From positions 18,414,001-18,478,000 of the forward strand of contig CM074513.1 in the NCBI GenBank assembly GCA_037379345.1: a DNA stretch of 64,000 nt. Reading direction: 5' to 3'. Below the pieces are notes generated by a model. The model did not search any database. It was given only the letters and a program-made list of their open reading frames with translations, and had not been told where the DNA came from. Every line of letters starts with the position of its first letter. Positions within the stretch are counted from its first letter, which is position 1. Positions 1 to 11,981 of the stretch are shown in pieces. Source of the DNA: Perna viridis (Eukaryota). The position numbers and the translations under genes are program-made.

Positions 1-630
1 TGTTAACCTTCAACTTGTCGGTATAGGTAGAACGGGACTAATTCTCATTTTCTTAGGTTGGCCTTTTGTGTACCCTACTTAAGTAAATACTTCTGGACAC
101 TATGATTGGACAAATTGTGCTGATACTCAAAATGTTTTATTAATTCCATGATCTAACATTATTAAACTTTTAAAAATTCCATTATATTTTTTAAAATCCA
201 TTTTATATAAATATGAATTTTTAAAATTTATGTGCCATTTGCAGAAAAGAGGGGGGATTTTGACCCACATCATCGTCTGCTTAAAATACCAAAGAATCGA
301 GACTGTTTTTCTATGACTTTGATCGCAATTTTAATTAGGGAAATGAAGATATTACTGGAAAAAGTCAGTTTATAGCTCCGTCATTGTTTTAAAGGTGTGA
401 ATTTTTCTAAAATTTCACTATTGTCGCCTATAGGAAATGAATAGTACCGTCCTACCTAGAGGATTGCTCAGCATTAGTTATACATATCAACGTATATCAA
501 CATACCATTAAGCCGCTAGGGATTTTTTAGCATTTTATTCTCAAACTATTCACAATACTCATTTATACATGGAAAGAAAGAGGATTATTTCCCTTGTAGT
601 CATTTTTATTTAACGAAATTGTATGAAACC

Positions 631-1040
631 TTTTTGTCTCCCGCAACACGTCCCGAGGGGACATGGAAATGCCAGGCGTCCGTCCGCGTTTTCCATACTT
701 TATTTGTAATGCTTTTACCAGATAGATTTGTTTTTGGTATGTGGCTTTATTATGAAGAGTTGCAGATTAAGTTGAAATTTGGTTACGGTTGAATGATGTT
801 TGAGTTAGAAAATTTTAGTGAATTTACAGTTTTACGCACTTTTTTTGTAATGCTAATTTTTTTTTCCAATTGACCTTTTTTGTATGTAGTCAAACTATGA
901 GAAGTTACAGATTAAGTAAGACTTTTGTTACTGTTGATTGATTTTTTATGGAAGTTATGGCCCTTGGACTTGGGAAATTTCAGTGAATTTGAAGTTTCCC
1001 GCACTTTTTTTCGCGGGGCATATTGGAATGCTGTTCTTTT
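631..1040. mobile_element. Probable Helentron-associated non-autonomous element (HINE-like) with internal ~145-bp satellite-like subunits
   Basis: T-rich start, GTCCGTCC microsatellite seed near 677, two diverged subunits (TTATGAAGAGTTGCAGATTAAGTT ~750 and CTATGAGAAGTTACAGATTAAGTA ~895), and a GCGGGGCATAT end motif; this layout is typical of bivalve HINE-type repeats. Confidence 0.5.
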
Positions 1041-3261
1041 ATTTATAGTGCTAGTTTTCTGTGTTTCATATGTACCTATGCCCCTTTCTAAATACTATTT
1101 GTTATACGATGTATATTCGTGATCATGATGTGTTCGAGTAATTGTACAATGACGTATTTAATTGTCTAAATACTATTCATGCCATATCAATATCAATACT
1201 GACCGAAAACCATGGTTTAATTTTTTTGTCTCTCAACTTCTTTGTTTTTGTTTTTCATCTTGTTTTCTTTATCTGCATTCTTTGTATGCAATCCATTTTA
1301 TTCGGTTCGTTTAATTGTGTATGTAGATGGTCTATGTTTCCTGTTTCACATTCAGGCCATATTTGTTTTGATTTGATGTATTTGAATTATCCCACTGATG
1401 ACGCGTCGTTTTTTTTTTGCCGATATCTTTTTGAAATTACTTTTTCTCCAAATATCGCAGAATGCAGATTCCTTTGTGTATATTTTATTTGTATTCAGTA
1501 AATGTGTGTGATTGGGTAGTGTATGATATTTTGCACACATATTGCATGATTTTGTAAATGATTTTGATTGAATATGTCAAAACGTTACATTGCCATTTGA
1601 TTATGAATATTATGATTATGGTTCTAAATATTTCATATCTGTACATTTCCACTTTCTCTAAATATCTGGAAATTGCACATGTATGAAGTTAAACGTACAA
1701 AGAATGAAATCAATGTGGATTTTAATCTTCCTAACCCCTTAGTACGGAATTATGTACGGTATTTCATAGCTTTTACAATAAAATACGCATCTTTACACAA
1801 TCTACTAGAGTACATTTGTATATTGCGATGGAAAAGTTACGCAGGTTTTTACTAAGCAGTCCACATGTCTTGGGAACATTTTCAAGTTCCGGATAGGAAA
1901 TATCATGAAATGAAGACCGGGAAGGTGTATGGAAATGATTTTGGGGTTGATATTATGCTAACTTTCTATTTGTATAACTATCATTTTTTCTAAATCACCG
2001 TCCCCGCATTTTTTTCTCTCGTCGAATTATATCATCTTTTCTCTCCTCTTAGCTGCTGCTAATGATTATGTCACATTTTTACTCCTCAATTCTATTAGAC
2101 AGAAGCATGAAGCAGCAGTTTGTTGTTTTTAAGTGATTAGTTTTTTTTTAATGTAAAGAATATTGTTCGTTTTTAATTTATTTCTAAACAAAAATATTGT
2201 GTTGCATTTTTATGGTCATTTTGTGTTTTCTGTAAATGATATTGCGTTTTTTATGATTTGGATTTTATTTATCTATTCTTATGATTGTATTTTTGTTGCT
2301 TGATTATGGTAAAAATTTCAATACTTATATCTCAAAAATAAGAGCACACTGTCCCTATTTATTTGTCTATTCATATTGTTCTGGCATGAAAGATCATAAA
2401 AAAGATTTTACAACCCTTTTAAATAGTTGTTATTTTGAAACAGAGTATCCAACTTTTTGGTATTGTTTTCCGTAGGACTAATCTGTACTTAATGTCTTGC
2501 GTGTATAATTTAAAAAAATTTTTAATACTAGATGTACTAGTATTTGATTTCTTTGCGAAAACTGTAGCGTATAGAGACTGTTTTAGTTGTTGTTGCAAGG
2601 ACTTTAGTTTGTGTTTATACTCAATGTAGTGTTATATATATATATATAGCTGTAGAAAAACTTGAAAAGTGAAAAAAAAAACGGATTTGCTAATGAATAT
2701 TAAAGTGATCGTACATACCAGTAGCCTTTATACATGTAATATAAACAATAAAAGTTTTCTTCGCAAAGGGTGTATCTCGCTCTCTTCCTGTGCTTTTGTT
2801 GATGGACACGTTCAGACGTGACATTTTTTGCGGAATCTGGCAAGAAGAGGATCCTCTAATTCTGCGTACGACCATATCATTTTATATCTTTCTCTTGTAC
2901 CACGGGAAGGCGGGTTTAAGTAAGGCTTTATCTGTTACCAGAACGGCTGGTTCACGACTGGTTCCAGTCGGAATCTCTCGTCCTCTGTAACCAGGTTGCC
3001 TTATTTACATGTGGCTTAACGTATTTGAGGATAGGGCGCCCTGTTAACTCAGTAATGCACGGAGGAACTTCCGGTATCTCTGTTACCAGCGAAACGCCTA
3101 CCTTTGCCAATTTAAATTGACTTCTTGGCGGTTTGTACCGCCTTACTAGATCTCGTCTTTATGATTTCTGCAGCCGTTTTGCATACACCACAACATTTCA
3201 CATTTTATTGAATCTTTTATTAAAGTACATATATGATATGAACTTTAGTCAAGTCACTACC

Positions 3262-4110
3262 ATGTATTGATTACCTAAATTATGCAAGAATCCCTTCAAA
3301 TCCGTTTCTTCTCAGCGTCCATTAAATATAACACAAGTAAAATGTATGTCCTCACTAAGTAAAGGAACTATTTAAAAATCACTTTTTATAAAACCCATGA
3401 ATATAATAGTTTTAATTGTTTTAGGAATGTGAAAAACTCGCTGGATGTTTTAGATAAATAACATGTTTTAGAAAAACCCGTAGAAAGTTTTCAATTGAAC
3501 AGGTATGATTTCACCACACTTTACTTCCCCATTACCCATCTTTTCAAATTGTGTCTCGATGAAACAGATCTAAAATATATTTGTTGTAATATTAAAAATT
3601 CTCATACGAATAAGATAAAAAAAAAATATACTTACTGGACGTGATCAATTCAATCAATTTTCTACTTGACAACATTTATATTGGTTTTTGCGATAAGATT
3701 TACGGACAGGTTGTAGGTACTACAATGGAAATAAACTGTGTTCTTCTAATATCAGATCTATTCCTGTACTATTATGAATTTTAGTTTATGGACAAACTTC
3801 GTAAAGATCCTTCTTAGTCTAATTTAATAGCCAAATTTCATAATATTTATCGCTACTTTGATGATATTTGATATTTTTGCGGTGAATAATCCTGAGAGCT
3901 GAAATTTATCCAAAGGGAATGACTTTAAATAAAGCAAATAAGGACATTTGTAATTGTTCTTTTCTTGATTTGGATGTTTACATCTCACAAGGTTAACTCA
4001 TAACTAAATTTTACGACAAGATGGGCGATTTTTCGTTTCAGATTGTTAATTTTTCCTTTCTTGGCGTGGACGTTCCTTAAGCTCCGTCATACGGTGAATA
4101 TATTTCTCAA
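3262..4110 (+). mobile_element. Degenerate Penelope-like (Naiad-type) reverse transcriptase fragment
   Basis: Translation across frameshifts gives MY*LPKLCKNPFK, NVKNSLDVLDK, YDFTTLY, QVVGTTM..C..LISDLFLYYYE, RYFDDI (3851-3868), IYPK.MTLNKAN and FLDLDV..TKFYDK..DFSFQIVNFSFL..DVP*APSYGEYISQ, the PLE RT motifs in order. Confidence 0.85.
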
Positions 4111-7100
4111 CATGTGTCACCTCTACACGCGCTAAAAGACAAAAAAATATATATCACTCGTGGAAGATCACATGGTCTTTCCTAACAGCGTATGTAAGAA
4201 CCTATTGAACTTGATTACACTGGACAAATTTCATGGAATATATATTACAAAAAGCATTAAATGCAATATATGTATGGGGAAAATTCTCCAAATTTTACAC
4301 TGACCCAAACCACATTCCCCATTATATTATATTCCTTATTCAAAAACAGCATCTCCCATTCCTACAAAAATGCAAACTACGAAATATACATGTTACGAAA
4401 AATCATTATTATCTATTTAAAACAATAATAATAAAATTATACTTTGTTTACTATTATTGTGTGCCTAATAAATTCCCATATCTCCTACTCCATTCCCAAT
4501 TGCCACGTACACATTGTTCCACGCCCTAATGAAACATGCCATATTCTGCTTGTATCAAACATCATTCCTCGTTGCCCCGACACTCTTATGAATGGGAAGT
4601 ATACCTCACTTCAGGTACTGTACTAGGCATCAGCTATTGCCCCGGAATACTGGTTTGGTATGGAGTAGTGCGTATTATTTTGTACCAGTCAACTTACAAA
4701 GAATCAATTTGTTAAAGAAGCAGCTCATATGGATATAAGGTTTTCTTTTGAAAAGTACCAAATTTTCAACCGATAGTTGAGTGACTAAAATATACCACAA
4801 AGCTGCAGACTGCCTAGTGGTGTTAAGTTTCTTTGTCGTTTATTGTAGATCCATGGGTGGCCTTGAATGACATCCTTATCTGTTGTCTCTTTGATATATT
4901 CACCATACTCCTTATACTGAATATTTCAGTTAAGATACTATGACCATAACCCTCTTTATTGTTATTTTTGTTTAACATCTTTTGTTGGTAAACAAAAACT
5001 CAGCACAGAACAAAACCGACAAGAAACAACAACTATTTTACAACAATGCAAAGCGTTTTAGTTAGTTTTAGTTAGTATATTGACGGACAGCAGTAAACCA
5101 TATTTACGTTCGACAAAGTGGCAGTATGACAAATAGACATGTACGCAGAAAAAAAAACTAATAATTGTGATAAGTATGAGTATAAATATATAAGAAACTG
5201 TAAGTACCTTTATTCTCTCCATTTGAATTATATAACTTTCCACTTCTTTAATATGATCCACAACAATTTTCTCGCTGAATAAGATACGCAGCTGACTTGT
5301 TTTAGGGGTATACCCACTTTATAAATACTGACAATATGTTCGCTTTGCATGTATAATGTAGTTTATCCGTTAAGTCAAATCTATGGAGAGGGATTTTTTA
5401 TGGCCAAATGAATTTTTGAATAAGCTGGATAACAGATATTAATTTATTTTAGTTTTTTTAACCATTAGAATTACAACCTTCCTTTTGGAGTTGTCATGTA
5501 GTACTTCTCCATTAAAAAAAAATACCATATACTACATAAAAGTTTATCAACCCATAACTTGCGTATATTAAATGTGTAACCTTTTTCATCACAGTGTCTA
5601 AGAAACTATCATTGAATTGAATATTTCTGTAGCGTAAAAAACTAATAGAAATAGAATATATATTATTTCCTTAAACAAAATGCAAAACGATTGACAATGT
5701 CAGATAGATATTCGAGACAAACGTTTAAAAGTCCAATTCAACACTCAGTCTATTGACAGGGAATGAATAACGTAAAGTACTTTGGCACAGTGTGTAGATT
5801 GTACCAATCATGCGATATGGGACAATGCCATTGACAACTACAAATATTCATCTATTAATTATCCAATGCATACGTTATTGTGGAAGTGATATGTATGGAA
5901 ATTTTTTTATTTTTTTTAGACTTTTATTTTATTCAGTTTTCTCTTCCTTTGTTCGATGAGTTGTCATTTTTATCAGCCTTTTAGCTTGTAGTTAATATCA
6001 CAGAAAGTAATACTTTGCAGCAGTGAATGACGTTTTGCTTTTACTTTTAATATTAGCCGACGTATGACCATGTGAATCATACCAGATTTAGTTACTGGCG
6101 TTCCGTAAAGCCTAAATAGCAACACATAAAAATCGTACAGCTCGCAATATATTATAATCATATAAAGTTAACCTGATATCATAATCATACGATTCAGTTA
6201 TCGCATAATTATCATACGATGACTAATTGTTTTTCACAAAACATCCGAAATCTAAGCCAAAACTAATGGGAACACTATGAGAATCACAAATCTATCATAC
6301 GTTAATTGTCATATGACTATTACATGAATCGAACATCAAATGATTATCGTATGTGGCATATCCGGTACTGTAATGGGTATTTGAGCAATTAGAATGAACG
6401 AGACGGACTTCAATGCTATTACTAGAGGAAATAGTTACCAGTTCTAATATTATGGTATTGACGGAACAGGGAAGACGGACAAACACAACAAAGAATGTGA
6501 AATAACCAAAACATCACGCACAAACAAGCAAACAGAAAATAAGCATCTGGACTTCACTAAAAACTAGGAGCATGCACCGACTGCACTTAATGAATTGTAA
6601 TTGAATTCCATTCTACTGTCGGTTTTAATAAAATGCTGACTCAATAGTTGACAATTAATCGTTTTAGGTCTTAACGTGCTCGAACAAAATTAACATTATC
6701 ATTGATTTCCAAAATGTGTATTTTAATTCATTTTGAAAACACACTTGAGCAAGTTGTGTACCTTGATGTTGGATAACAACCAATTCTTTTTTAAATTGAT
6801 TTTGATAAATTATTTGATGCATTCAAATTGTGCTGCACTGTGTATAACAGATATGTTTCAAGTGGCCTTTTTAGTGCATGAAGAGGTATAATTCATTTTA
6901 TCACGTTTGCAAAAGAACATCAACGTTCAAACTAAAATCTTTAATCTAAATAGTGTGCTGATAAAGGAAGTAAACATGTTTACATTACAAAAGTCCTAAA
7001 CATTTATCTCTTCGTGCTGTATGAACTTTAAAATATGAAATAAATGTAAGATATACAGGTCTACCTTTAAACGTGATGTTGATTTTGATGTCTTTGATTT

Positions 7101-7997
7101 TGTTCTTATTTTTGTTTTGTTTTTTATTGTTTTTGTTTTTTTATTATGTTTTCTTGTTGTTGTTCGTTTTATTTTCATTTTTATTTCTTAATTGTGTATT
7201 TGTGTCTGTTTCAAATGTTTGTATACATTAATACATTGATAACATATTTTGATTTTTATTTAATTTCAAAGTCACCAGTAAAATACTTAAATTTTATGTT
7301 TAAATTGCGTTTTATATCGGTCGTATTTTGATTCGATCTACTGTGCAGAGGGTATATTCACTATTTCAAAGATTATTGCAGACTCTTTTGCCACGCCCAG
7401 TACTTAATCTCACCTCTTTATGTAAATTAGTGCAGGACTTCGGACTTCGCTCGCACTTAAGGTCAATGTCTTACTAATATAAAGTGGTAAATCAGGAAGC
7501 GGTTATAGGTATACGGAGAAGATTGATTTGTATTACAAATATGAAAGTCACATTTATTATTTAAGAAAAGGAAAGTTACAAAAATGTCGTACTCTGTATT
7601 TTAGTGTCTACTATTAGTCACTATTACGTTACACTACGTGTAATTTAAAAATGACGGTTATCTTAAACGGTCTCCTTTGTAACGCGTTAGACTTTAACTT
7701 AACATATTTATTCAGTGCGTTATATAAATACACAAGACTCTTATCATATATGTAGTAAGCAGTACGCGACCAGTGCAAATGTGAAAAGCTTGTTAAAAAT
7801 CCAAAATTACCCGAGTATTTATGGTTCATGATTTTCATTGAAATCCCCTGAATTGAAACATGATAAGTATTATATGACATTTGTTTCTTTGTTTTCTTGT
7901 CTGTACATCAAAACATCAATAAAGGAATGATTAGGCCCGCAGAAGTAACTCGGAATGTGTTATGGGAAACCCATTTAACAGTCTATCTATGTGTTCT

Positions 7998-8238
7998 GTG
8001 GTCTTGTGGTAGCGTGTTCACCTCGAGATCGGAAAGCTGTGGATTTGATTTCCGCTCAAAGTCATACAAAAAGGTATGGAGACGAGGCAATGCTAAACTG
8101 GCTTGACACAATATGTCAGCGTTGAGTGACATGCTTGTATATTGACTGTTGCTTCTGTGTGCGTGTCGGACTAGTAAAACATTATTTGTTCGAACGTTTC
8201 TATCCTGCAACATGCCACTTAACCAGAATCAATCAATC
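7998..8238 (+). mobile_element. Degenerate tRNA-derived SINE
   Basis: tRNA-like head (GTGGTAGCGTGTTCACCTCG...GGATTTGATTTCC), core-like TATGTCAGCGTTGAGTGACATG...GACTGTTGCTTC, and (CAAT)n tail. Confidence 0.5.
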
Positions 8239-8380
8239 TATTTTATTTTGAATGTCTTTAAGTTAATTGATTAGACTTATCTAGTGGGCGTGATCATAAT
8301 ACCAGAGGTTATTACAATCCACAGGGCTGATATCCAAAGTAAGACTTTACGATGTAATAAAGACATGAAAGAAGCCTAAA

Positions 8381-8555
8381 ATGGGAAGATAAACAAAGAT
8401 AAACGCACAAAGGAGATGGATGGCAGGGCCCCGACTTGATATTGTTGGAGCTGTAGATGATAGGATCGATGGCAAGGCCCGGTCAGCTTTTGCTACGGTA
8501 TGCATGGTTACTAGCCGTTCAGAATGTGTGCAGGAAGGTGCTTTAAGACATAAAG
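8381..8555 (+). pseudogene. Copy A putative first coding exon (MGR...MVTSRSECVQEGALRHK)
   Basis: Homologous to 38114-38870; ends AAAG|GTAATT in phase 1, matching the next exon; has an early TAA at 8390. Confidence 0.55.
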
Positions 8556-9054
8556 GTAATTACGAAAACAGGAATGACACTTCAGACCACTCAATTATAA
8601 TTCTCAGAATCTCATCATAAATTATATGTCTTCTGATGTTGTATATTTTAGTATGCAAATTTAGACAATTATTCGTTTTATATATTTCTTCTCCTTTGTA
8701 ATAGAAAAATAAAAGTCTTGGTATCTATCTTACAATTCCTGATTTATCTTTGAATAATCAACCATGGTAATTATTGATGAGACATGAATCTGGCGTTGAG
8801 CAACCGACATATTCAGCAGCAAAAATGAATTTTGTCGTGCTTGATAAATGTTTTGAAGTCCTGCCATTGATTTACATTTTAAATTTCCATTCGAGTTTTA
8901 GCAACAACCAATTCAAAAAATTGAAGAATTTCTTAAAACTAAAACTCATGGGAGATCTGGCATAAAGTTTGATTCTCCACAGACATCTTTTATCACAGAC
9001 CTTGTGTTTCAAATGTAATTTAACATGGAACAAAACTTACCTTTGCACTATTAG

Positions 9055-9179
9055 AAGCTACTACGCAGAGAGAAGACTCATCAGAAGATGAAATCAGTTA
9101 TGAAATGGACAGACCCACTATCCTGAGAGAGCTACAAGTGATTCTATCGGAATATCCTGACGATGCCCAGATTATAAGG
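9055..9179 (+). pseudogene. Copy A exon (EDSSEDEISYEMDRPTILRELQVILSEYPDDAQIIR)
   Basis: TTAG acceptor and GTATGT donor; same 125-nt length as 39813-39937. Confidence 0.85.
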
Positions 9180-9723
9180 GTATGTTTCACATGCATTTTC
9201 ATGATACATATCTTTAAAGAAGGTAGCGCATATATTTTAAGATAGTATGTGACAGTTTTCTTCCTTTTGACATATAGGCTAGATAACAAAACTTTTACCC
9301 TTTTCAGACATTTTTATGTTAACAGATATATGTATATATATATGTGGAAAAAATCTGTCGGCTTGAACATATTGAAAAAATAAGATCAGTGATTTCATGG
9401 GAACTAGGATGTAAAATACACCAAAAGGTCATAAGGCATTATTAAAAGATTATGAAAGAGTAAATATTTTGTTGTACAGGAAAATAGGACCAAATACAAA
9501 GTTGAAATATTTTATTGTTTAATTTATTGTATCACTTAATTAGTACGTAGATAAAACAAGTTCTAAAAAAATCTGTTTTAACAAGAGAAAACCTTTACTG
9601 GGTACATAAAAAAATATTTATTTAAATTTTATAATGCTACTTGGTCTTCAGATCAATTTATGGAGAGAGTTGGCCTGTAAACGTCCCTGTAGATCGAGGT
9701 TTCATTTTAAGTTATTTTTACAG

Positions 9724-9831
9724 GAGTTAGTTCAAAATGCTGAAGATGCAGGAGCTAGCTGTATCAAAATAATGTATAATGACACAGAAGACCAACCAAA
9801 CGGTACTTCCCCTCTCTGCCAGTATTTCCAG
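9724..9831 (+). pseudogene. Copy A exon, SR1 HATPase motif ELVQNAEDAGA
   Basis: CAG acceptor and GTAAAT donor; 108 nt as in copy B. Confidence 0.9.
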
Positions 9832-10592
9832 GTAAATAACCCACCCTTTCTACTGCATATTATTGGAAAACAGTTATAATGCATAATCTTTGTTTCATTT
9901 AAACTGACTTACATTTTTATTAAATTGTGCGTCATTAATTTTATTATCGGTAATGGATATTCTTCTAGGGTGACTGTGTTTCTCATGTTTCATTTGTTAT
10001 ATTTTGTGTATAGGATATATAAATCTGGTCACGGGTTACGTGACTCTTTAAGTTTCACGAAAATGGGTCCAACCTACTATTGAAATGCATTGAAATTTTA
10101 AAATTGCAGAGCATTGAGCAAAATATTAAGAGCAAAACATCGTTGCCTTTACAAATAACTATAAATATGACAATGGTAAAAAGTTTTAAGAAAGCATACA
10201 GTATGTTTTGCCCAATGGTGCACAGTTTCGTTATCCCGGGAGTAAACAATAAACTGCATATTGATCTTCAGAATTCAATACGTTCTACATCAAAACGAAA
10301 CAAATATGAAACTAGAACGAAACTTAAAGATCCTTTAAAAAGATTTTCTTCGTTTACCTTATAATTATTCGACACCAAATAAACATTTTCCATATTAATA
10401 TTGATAACTGCATGTACATTGAGTGGGGGATTTTAAAAGTTCGAATAGCTAATATATTCTCATGTTAAGTTTTAGAGCCTAAAATCTTTTACACTTCCGA
10501 CAAAAAGTTTTATATATGTTTAAAATTGATATTTATCCATGATTACTTGATTAAACGTGTGTAGTTTAAAATAAGTTTTTGATATTTTATAG

Positions 10593-10740
10593 AGTCCAGG
10601 TATAGCTGTTTTTAATGACGAAATGTTTACTGGCAAAGACTGAAAAGGGATTATCAAAATCTATGACAGTGTCAAGCAGAACCAGCCTCTTAAAGTCGGA
10701 CGATTTGGTCTTGGATTTAAATCAGTGTTTCATATGACAG
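10593..10740 (+). pseudogene. Copy A exon (SPGIAVFNDEMFTGKD*KGI...GRFGLGFKSVFHMT)
   Basis: 148 nt with GTAAGT donor; TGA at 10641 where copy B has TGG. Confidence 0.9.
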
Positions 10741-11981
10741 GTAAGTAGACTTGTGTGTATAATCCTAAGGATGTTTGGAACAAGGTATCCGAAAATTTGT
10801 GTACAACATAATGATTTTTTCGTGAAAACATTATGTTTATTTAGATGAAATCATTATTACGCGGTAACTTTTCATCGATGTCTGATATTCCCAGTTTTTT
10901 TTACAAACAATCGGCATCCTGTTGAGAAATCATTGTGCTCCAATCATTGCTGATGTTTTATAGATTCCTAGATACATGCTTATTTCAAATAGATGATAAC
11001 TCGCATGGTTGAACATTGGCTAGAGAGATGTTTAGCACTGTGAGCTAGCACTGCTTCTACATGTTGGACCAGTGAAAAAGAGGATTTGCTCGATTGATCA
11101 AACGCTTCCATCTTGAAGTCTTGAACTATCAGCAACATAACATTTGATTAGAATCTATCTATGTTATTTTGAATTTCTTGGTGTAATTATATTTCATACA
11201 TATTGGTCGACATTCTTCACCTCATCAACCCAATACAGTTTTAAATAAAAGACAAGACAGACACGCTGAAATGATGTGGACTTTCTTATTGTCAGTAATG
11301 ATTTCATCTGATTGACCGATATGAAGCGCCCGATATTATAAACGACATCATCGTTGTCTTAACTTCTTGACCCGTCTATCAAAGTCCAACACATGTCCTA
11401 GTAGTTCTGTAAACAACATTTAGATGAATATCTATTAATTCAGTCACTTGTTAATTAAAGGCAAATAATTCCTCAGGATCTGAAATTTGTTGTAGAAACC
11501 CCGTTACACTATCAAACAAGACAAATGATCGCAAACATACCTATAGTATATGTCAAATGGTAATCATTTAGACAGATATCTTTGATATGTACGTAAACGT
11601 TGCAGTTTTATTGAAAATGTCAAAAAGTATCAATCACGCTCAAGCTGCAATAATTGAATTATAGTATCGATATTTTTTCTTGCTTAACATTGTGTCGGGG
11701 ATGAGAACCTTTGGTTTCTGCTGATGGTAAAACATTTTCCCCATCGTAATTTTAAAGACCTCTAAAAAACATTTTAATTGTAAATATGTTGTCATTATTC
11801 TTTCACGGAATCTGGTATTTTATTTAACAACTTTGAAATTGTTATAGAAATTACACGTTTGTAAAAATAAAACAAATTGAATAATCGCTGCCACAATAGT
11901 TGGTACAGAAATGAGTAAAATAATGATGTTTTAGGTTTCCTCAAGATATCGAAATTACTAATGTTGTGTTAAAATTCACAG

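Noticed and set aside
1394-1440. Hammerhead ribozyme core (CTGATGA...GAAA)
   Set aside because: No convincing flanking stems
2740-3190. GC-richer island, possible promoter or exon
   Set aside because: No recognisable ORF, splice pattern or RNA motif
4120-4680. Possible LINE relic or 98-aa ORF
   Set aside because: No diagnostic motif could be read
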